Source: Vicinamibacteria bacterium (GTDB lineage Bacteria; Acidobacteriota; Vicinamibacteria; Fen-336; JAGNNV01). Taken from it: DNA of 64,000 nt. Each line of letters starts with the position of its first letter. Position 1 is the first letter of the stretch. The notes beneath the pieces are model-generated. The model was not told where the DNA came from, searched no databases, and was given only the letters and a program-made list of their open reading frames with translations. The stretch is from contig JANMVV010000009.1 in NCBI GenBank assembly GCA_031392925.1, positions 7,979 to 71,978 of the forward strand. The letters run 5' to 3'. Position numbers and translations under genes: made by a program. Below are positions 59,233 to 64,000 of the stretch, in pieces.

Positions 59233-60553
59233 AGTCGATCGCGTTCTTGACGTCGATCCTGGTGGCCGTGATCCCGTTCCCAGGATCGGTGATCGGACGT
59301 CCCGAACCCTTGAGGGCGTTCTCGAGCTCGTCCGTGGTGGCCGAGGGCTTGGCCTGAAGCATCAGGGCCAGAGCACCCGCCACGTGGGGTGCGGCCTGGG
59401 ACGTCCCTGCGAAACCGGCTACGCCGCCACCCAGGCCCGACGAGGTGATGGCAGCGCCTGGAGCCAGGAGGTCGATGGCGGAACTGCTGTTCGAGAAGCA
59501 GGTGATCTTGTCGGCGGAGGTGGATCCGTCGGTGCAGCCGAAACTGATCGTGCCCACGTTGGCGTCATAGACCGCGCCCACCGCGATCGCGCCGGTGAGG
59601 CACGCGGGAGCCCCGATTTCCGACTTGTTGCCGGAGTTGCCCGCGGACGACACGGTCAGGGTTCCGCGCGCGCGGAGCGTGTTCACGGCCTGAGCGAGGC
59701 CCGCGGTGAACGAACTCGCGGTGTCACACTGACCCGGGAAGCTCCCGAAGACAAGGGAGGTGTTCACGATCTTCACCGAACGCTGGGTGTTGATGATCCA
59801 GTCGAACGCCTTCATGAGCTGCGTGGACGAAGCGGCGGCACCCGTCTTGTCGAGAACGCGGACCGCGACGATGTCCGCGTCGGGAGCGACACCCCGCGGG
59901 GCCACCCGTCCGCCGGACGTGATGATGCCGGCCACGTGGGTTCCGTGGCCCTGCTCGTCTTCGGCCGATCCGGGGCCCGACGCCTCGGTCTTGCCTCCCG
60001 GACAGCAGCCGGTGCCGTCGGCATTGGTGCAAAAGCACTGCTGGGCCACGATGTCGTCGGCCAGGTCGGGGTGATCCGTGTCGATGCCGGTGTCGAGCAC
60101 CGCGACCACGACTCCCGCTCCAGTGATGCCCTGGGCCTGGACATCGCGGGCGCGGATCAGCTCCGTGCTTTCGGCGAGCGCCATGTGACCGGGCACATCG
60201 AGGTCGATCTTCTGGACCCGGTAGTCACGAACGAGCTTCATGAGGCCTTCGTAAGTCACGAACCCGCCCACCACCGAAATGTTCGTGAAGGTGTCGGTGA
60301 CCCGGAACTCGCTCGGAGTGATCTGATCGAGGACGGCGTCCCGCCGCTCCGCGATCGCCTTCGAGCGGGCGCCGAGGTCGGTGAGAGAAAGATCGTCGCC
60401 TGCGAAGAGGACGACCACCCGGACGCTCGGAGACTCGGCGATCGACGAGAGAACGGCGGCGCCCACCACACCCGGGGTGGTCATATGGGCATCGCCGGCC
60501 TGGGGAACGAGAAAAGTGGCCAGGAGGACGAGGGCGAACAGAACACGTTTCAT
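59219..60553 (-). CDS. S8 family serine peptidase (subtilisin-like), secreted
   Basis: 444 aa. Signal peptide. Catalytic triad motifs [33 protein letters not shown]. Confidence 0.85.
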   Translation of the reverse strand: MKRVLFALVLLATFLVPQAGDAHMTTPGVVGAAVLSSIAESPSVRVVVLFAGDDLSLTDLGARSKAIAERRDAVLDQITPSEFRVTDTFTNISVVGGFVTYEGLMKLVRDYRVQKIDLDVPGHMALAESTELIRARDVQAQGITGAGVVVAVLDTGIDTDHPDLADDIVAQQCFCTNADGTGCCPGGKTEASGPGSAEDEQGHGTHVAGIITSGGRVAPRGVAPDADIVAVRVLDKTGAAASSTQLMKAFDWIINTQRSVKIVNTSLVFGSFPGQCDTASSFTAGLAQAVNTLRARGTLTVSSAGNSGNKSEIGAPACLTGAIAVGAVYDANVGTISFGCTDGSTSADKITCFSNSSSAIDLLAPGAAITSSGLGGGVAGFAGTSQAAPHVAGALALMLQAKPSATTDELENALKGSGRPITDPGNGITATRIDVKNAIDFIKK

Positions 60554-60571
60554 GATCTGGTGGTTCCCTGG

Positions 60572-61822
60572 CTAGAAGATGAACTGCGTCTGGATTCGAA
60601 GTTCCTTGGCCGTCTCTTTGACCAAGTCGTCGTGCAGAGAGCGGAAATCCGCCACCACCTTGAGGGTGTGCTTGAGGACGAAGTAGTTGAAGACGCCGCC
60701 TTTTTCGCTGCGCTTGTTCGAGGGCGTCCGGTCCGAAGGATCGTACTCGGCGAAGCGCGCCGCGATCTCGATCTTGTCCTTCTTGAGGAAGTAACCGGCC
60801 TCGACGTTGTAGCCGTTCGAATGGAAGGCGCCCCCCGACTGCGTGGCCGGGCCCGAGGTGGCTGACGAAGTGCCGCTCACCGCCTCGGGCTTCCGCTTGC
60901 GGTTGTAGTACTCGGCAAAGAGCGAGAAGCCCTTGTACTTGTACATGAGATCGGCGCTCAGAATGGTGGTGTTGAGATCGGTGAGGTTGGTGGCGCCGGA
61001 GAGATCGTTGTTCTCGAACTGGCCGGCGATGGCGAGCAGGGGTTTGTCCCACCCTTCAAAGGCCGACTCCGAGTATGCGACCTTGCCGAGGGGCTCGAAG
61101 CTCACCCGCGCGTTGTACTGGAGCTTGGTGTTGTCGTTGGAGGTGCGGCTTGCCGAGTTCCCGTTGAAGACGCCGGCGAAATACTCCACCTTGTCGTTCG
61201 CGACCCGGCCGAGGATCTCGACACCGATGTCGCGGCCGCGGCTGAACTCGCCGCCGAGCAATGACCGATCGGCGAACTGCAGGTGACCCGAACTCGTCAT
61301 CTCCTGCCGGCCCAGCGGTACCTTGAACTGGCCGATCCTGATTTTGAAGGAGCCCTTCTTCGAAGCATCCCAGGTGAGCTGGGCGTCCTCGAGCGGGGTT
61401 TGGGTGGAAGCGCCCGCCTCGGGCCCGGCCCACGAGAGCTGAATCTCGTAGGTCAGTTCCTTCTTCCAGAACCAGCCCTCGAGCGAGGTCTTGGCGCGGC
61501 GGATGCGGAACGACGGCTTCGACTGCCCGTCTTCCGTGGTTCCGGGCAAGCGCACATTGCTCGGGGGAATCTCCTCGGCGAACCGGAACTGAAGGCGGTT
61601 CGACAGCGAAATCTCCGCGTTATCGAGAGTCAGGGTGGTCGCCCCGTCCTCGTGAACGATCTTGTACCCCCCGGTCGGGGCGGGGGCTGGCGGTGCGGTC
61701 GCGGCAGCGCCGTCGACTTCGGCCGTCACTTTCGCGACGGCTTCCTTCAATGAGGCGGGACCGGCTCCGGCCGGATCGACGCTGGCAACCATCAGGGCGA
61801 GCACGTGGACGAAATGCAGCAT
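60572..61822 (-). CDS. outer-membrane porin, phosphate-selective porin O/P-like (tentative)
   Basis: 416 aa. Signal peptide, beta-barrel strand periodicity, C-terminal Phe (QTQFIF). Family assignment by overall resemblance only. Confidence 0.5.
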   Translation of the reverse strand: MLHFVHVLALMVASVDPAGAGPASLKEAVAKVTAEVDGAAATAPPAPAPTGGYKIVHEDGATTLTLDNAEISLSNRLQFRFAEEIPPSNVRLPGTTEDGQSKPSFRIRRAKTSLEGWFWKKELTYEIQLSWAGPEAGASTQTPLEDAQLTWDASKKGSFKIRIGQFKVPLGRQEMTSSGHLQFADRSLLGGEFSRGRDIGVEILGRVANDKVEYFAGVFNGNSASRTSNDNTKLQYNARVSFEPLGKVAYSESAFEGWDKPLLAIAGQFENNDLSGATNLTDLNTTILSADLMYKYKGFSLFAEYYNRKRKPEAVSGTSSATSGPATQSGGAFHSNGYNVEAGYFLKKDKIEIAARFAEYDPSDRTPSNKRSEKGGVFNYFVLKHTLKVVADFRSLHDDLVKETAKELRIQTQFIF

Positions 61823-61900
61823 GATTCCCCCTCCAGGGGTGGAAAGATCCGGGCGACAGAGTTTTGGGATACGGCGCGAAAACGCGGGTGTGGGCAGAGC

Positions 61901-62212
61901 TTAAACCGACTTTCGCGCCACGCTCTTCCGGTCGATGGCGGCGGCCAGAGAGAAGTCCTTCTCCGAAATGCCGCCGACATCGTGGGTGCTCAGGGCAAGC
62001 CTCACCACGCTGTACCGGATATCGATGTCCGGATGGTGATCGGCCTCCTCGGCCATGGCGCCCACGCGGGCCACGAACTGGAGTGCTTTCGGGAAGGTCT
62101 CGAACTTGAACTCGCAGCGTAGGGCGCCGCGGGACAAGGTCCAGCCGTGAAGCTCGGGCAGCCTGTTTCGAATCTCCGAAATCGAAAGTGCCTTCAGTTT
62201 CTTCGTCGCCAT
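61901..62212 (-). CDS. phhB: 4a-hydroxytetrahydrobiopterin dehydratase (pterin-4-alpha-carbinolamine dehydratase)
   Basis: Start trimmed to MATKKLKALSISEI (104 aa). EEADHHPDI signature. Confidence 0.85.
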   Translation of the reverse strand: MATKKLKALSISEIRNRLPELHGWTLSRGALRCEFKFETFPKALQFVARVGAMAEEADHHPDIDIRYSVVRLALSTHDVGGISEKDFSLAAAIDRKSVARKSV

Positions 62213-62249
62213 CGCCGCCGCCTCTCGTGCTGTTGAACGTCTTTTCCGA

Positions 62250-63689
62250 CTAGACCGCGGGGCCCTTGGGCCGCCCGGGACGCCTTCGCCCCCGGCGCCG
62301 GACCGGGCGCCTCGGACCATCGGTGGACCTGGGCGGGTGGGGCTGGGACGCGCCCGATTCAGGGCCGCTCGCCGCCCCGCCATCGACGGTGTCCACCGTA
62401 GCACCGACCGCCACCTCGCGCCAATGCTGCACGACCTCCGACTCCAGTCCGTGAATTTCAGCCAAAAGCAGCGCTTCCTGGAAGTACGGCTTCCGGGAGA
62501 GGTTTCGCTCGGTGCCGGGCGGAAGGTCCGTGCGGTGAAGTTTCGAGCCGACCGCGGCGAGGAGGCCGAGGCGCTCGATGTCGCGCCGCGCGAAGGGAAG
62601 ACTGATGGCGGTCTCGCCGTGAGCGACGCTCGGGCCGTGCCCCAGATCGGCTTCCTCGTCGAGTTCGACCATCTCGGCCACCACATCGGTCTCATCCAAC
62701 TGGCCCTCGAGAACCCCTTCGGGCCGGGGCTCCTCGATCTCCTCCTGGAAATCGCGCGGACCGTCGACATCGACGAAGGGACGCCTGCGGGCGGTGGCGC
62801 GCAGACCGCTCGAGAGCGGAATGCCCAGGGGGGGCAGAAGATGGGCGATGAGGATCGCGTTGGAAAGAGCCGCGTCGGACCCGATCCGGTTGCGGTACTC
62901 GTCGAGGGTCGCGAGGGTGTCGAGAAGCCCGGTCTCGCCGCGGCTCAGGGCCTTGTGCGCCTCGGGGAAGATGTAGGCAAGGAGGCCGGTCGCATAAAGC
63001 TGCTCGAAGGTGGAGCGCGCGGATCCCTGGCGCAGGATCTTGTAGATCTCGTCGAGGATCCGGACGTGCGAGCTTTTCACGATCTCGCCGCGGCGGGCGC
63101 GGATCGCCTCCTGGGCCTCGCGGTCGATCCGGAAACCGAGACGGCAGGCGATGGCCACCGCTCGCATCATGCGCACCGGGTCTTCGCGGAAGCGCTCGTC
63201 GGGATCGCCGATCACCCGCACGCGTTTGGCCTCGAGATCCTCGATGCCGCCCGTATAGTCGATGATCGAGAAATCGGCGATGTCGTAGAACATCGCGTTG
63301 ATGGTGAAGTCGCGGCGGAAGGCGTCTTCTTCGGGCGTGCCGAACGTGTTGTCCCGCTTGACGATGGTGTCGCCTTCTTCAGGCTCGGCCTTTCGGCGGA
63401 AGGTGGCAACCTCGACGACCTTGTTGCCGAAGCGGACATGGCACAGCCGGAAGCGCCGGCCGATGATGAAGCAATTGCGGAAGAGCTTCTTCACCTGCTG
63501 GGGCGAGGCGTCCGTGCCGATGTCGAAGTCCTTCGGCTTACGCCCGAGAAGCAGATCCCGAACCCCACCGCCCACTAGAAACCCCTTGAACCCGGAACTC
63601 CGGAGCCGATAGAGAACACGCAGCGGATCGGGATCGATCTGCTTCCTGGAGAGCGTGTGCTGCGAGCGGGCGAGGATCCTCGGTTGCAT
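62250..63689 (-). CDS. pcnB: poly(A) polymerase I with Arg-rich C-terminal tail
   Basis: 479 aa. GGGVRDLLLGRKPKDFDIGTDA and RRDFTINAM nucleotidyltransferase motifs are collinear with PcnB. C-terminal RRPVRRRGRRRPGRPKG tail. Confidence 0.85.
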   Translation of the reverse strand: MQPRILARSQHTLSRKQIDPDPLRVLYRLRSSGFKGFLVGGGVRDLLLGRKPKDFDIGTDASPQQVKKLFRNCFIIGRRFRLCHVRFGNKVVEVATFRRKAEPEEGDTIVKRDNTFGTPEEDAFRRDFTINAMFYDIADFSIIDYTGGIEDLEAKRVRVIGDPDERFREDPVRMMRAVAIACRLGFRIDREAQEAIRARRGEIVKSSHVRILDEIYKILRQGSARSTFEQLYATGLLAYIFPEAHKALSRGETGLLDTLATLDEYRNRIGSDAALSNAILIAHLLPPLGIPLSSGLRATARRRPFVDVDGPRDFQEEIEEPRPEGVLEGQLDETDVVAEMVELDEEADLGHGPSVAHGETAISLPFARRDIERLGLLAAVGSKLHRTDLPPGTERNLSRKPYFQEALLLAEIHGLESEVVQHWREVAVGATVDTVDGGAASGPESGASQPHPPRSTDGPRRPVRRRGRRRPGRPKGPAV

Positions 63690-63720
63690 TCAGTGTGGGC
63701 TTGTGTTCCTGGAAACTCTT

Positions 63721-64000
63721 CTATCGACCGCGTTTGGGATTATATGCGCCGCGCCGCACGGCTCGGGAAATAACCGTCATTGAGGAGAAGATGTGATGCG
63801 AATCGAAGCCCCGCCGATAAAGCTCCCACAGAGCCAGCGCCCGGCCCGTGCGCCCGTTACCGTCCGCAAACGGATGGATGGCCTCGAAGCGGTGATGGAC
63901 GATGGCCGAACTCAAGACCGGGGAGATGCCTGGCGCGTCCTTGTTCCACCATTCCAGCAACTCGAACATCAGACCTGAAACATCCGAAGGCGGCGGCGGC
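63721..64000 (-). CDS. Fic family protein, C-terminal part (gene continues beyond window end)
   Basis: HPFADGNGRTGR is the Fic motif HPFx(D/E)GNGR. The frame stays open upstream to the window edge, so the listed Met is probably internal. Confidence 0.6.
   Translation of the reverse strand, partial: PPPPSDVSGLMFELLEWWNKDAPGISPVLSSAIVHHRFEAIHPFADGNGRTGRALALWELYRRGFDSHHIFSSMTVISRAVRRGAYNPKRGR

Overview
This 64 kb window is about 68% GC and gene-dense, with roughly 65 protein-coding genes and one tRNA. Almost all of it reads as core chromosome of a high-GC diderm. Its affinity (Acidobacteriota- or Gemmatimonadota-like) is inference only.

Layout from start to end:
- 1-4.8 kb: MBL hydrolase fragment, a secreted GH-D-like glycoside hydrolase, a Pro-rich secreted hypothetical and a small cupin.
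- 4.8-13.6 kb (minus strand): one long operon, lptC/A fusion - lptB - rpoN - hprK - rapZ - EIIA(Man) - ptsH - ptsI. Successive genes are joined by 4-nt start/stop overlaps except two short gaps (3 nt lptB-rpoN, 50 nt EIIA-HPr).
- 13.8-26 kb: housekeeping block with Firmicutes-like synteny. It holds a spoVG-like gene, a TPR protein, a lolB-like lipoprotein, ispE, an SGNH hydrolase, tRNA-Gln, prs-rplY-pth, rpsF-rpsR-DUF2232-rplI-dnaB-alr.
- 26.1-26.3 kb: a 200 bp near-perfect long palindrome. One arm recurs at 46.0 kb.
- 26.4-31.3 kb: DUF4838 lipoprotein, an orphan MqnC/MqnE-type radical SAM gene, an M23 peptidase and an STN-like secreted protein.
- 31.3-42.1 kb (minus strand): a 12-gene type II secretion / type IV pilus-like locus. 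It runs gspF, gspE, separate PilM/PilN/PilO-like genes, two GspG pseudopilins, a PilP/GspC-like protein, a lipidated secretin with unusual N- and C-terminal extensions, an Ig-like lipoprotein, a lytic transglycosylase and an atypical pseudopilin. A large uncharacterised membrane protein sits immediately upstream.
- 44-51 kb: DUF4440, fbaB, DUF2203, a Rieske/cytochrome b-c fusion/dihaem cytochrome c complex, a 683-aa lower-GC secreted protein and a second dihaem cytochrome c.
- 51-64 kb: ECF sigma/anti-sigma/CpxP-like module, alpha/beta hydrolase plus DUF1820, an outer-membrane beta-barrel, an AI-2E transporter, an SRPBCC-epimerase fusion, ettA, an S8 protease, a phosphate-type porin, phhB, pcnB and a Fic-protein fragment running off the window.

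I found no CRISPR array, transposase or integrase. The most accessory-looking and least canonical part is the secretion/pilus locus with its accessory genes. A manual read puts a TGA in the prs frame near 18781 (noted under rejected), but coordinates otherwise matched the ORF track.
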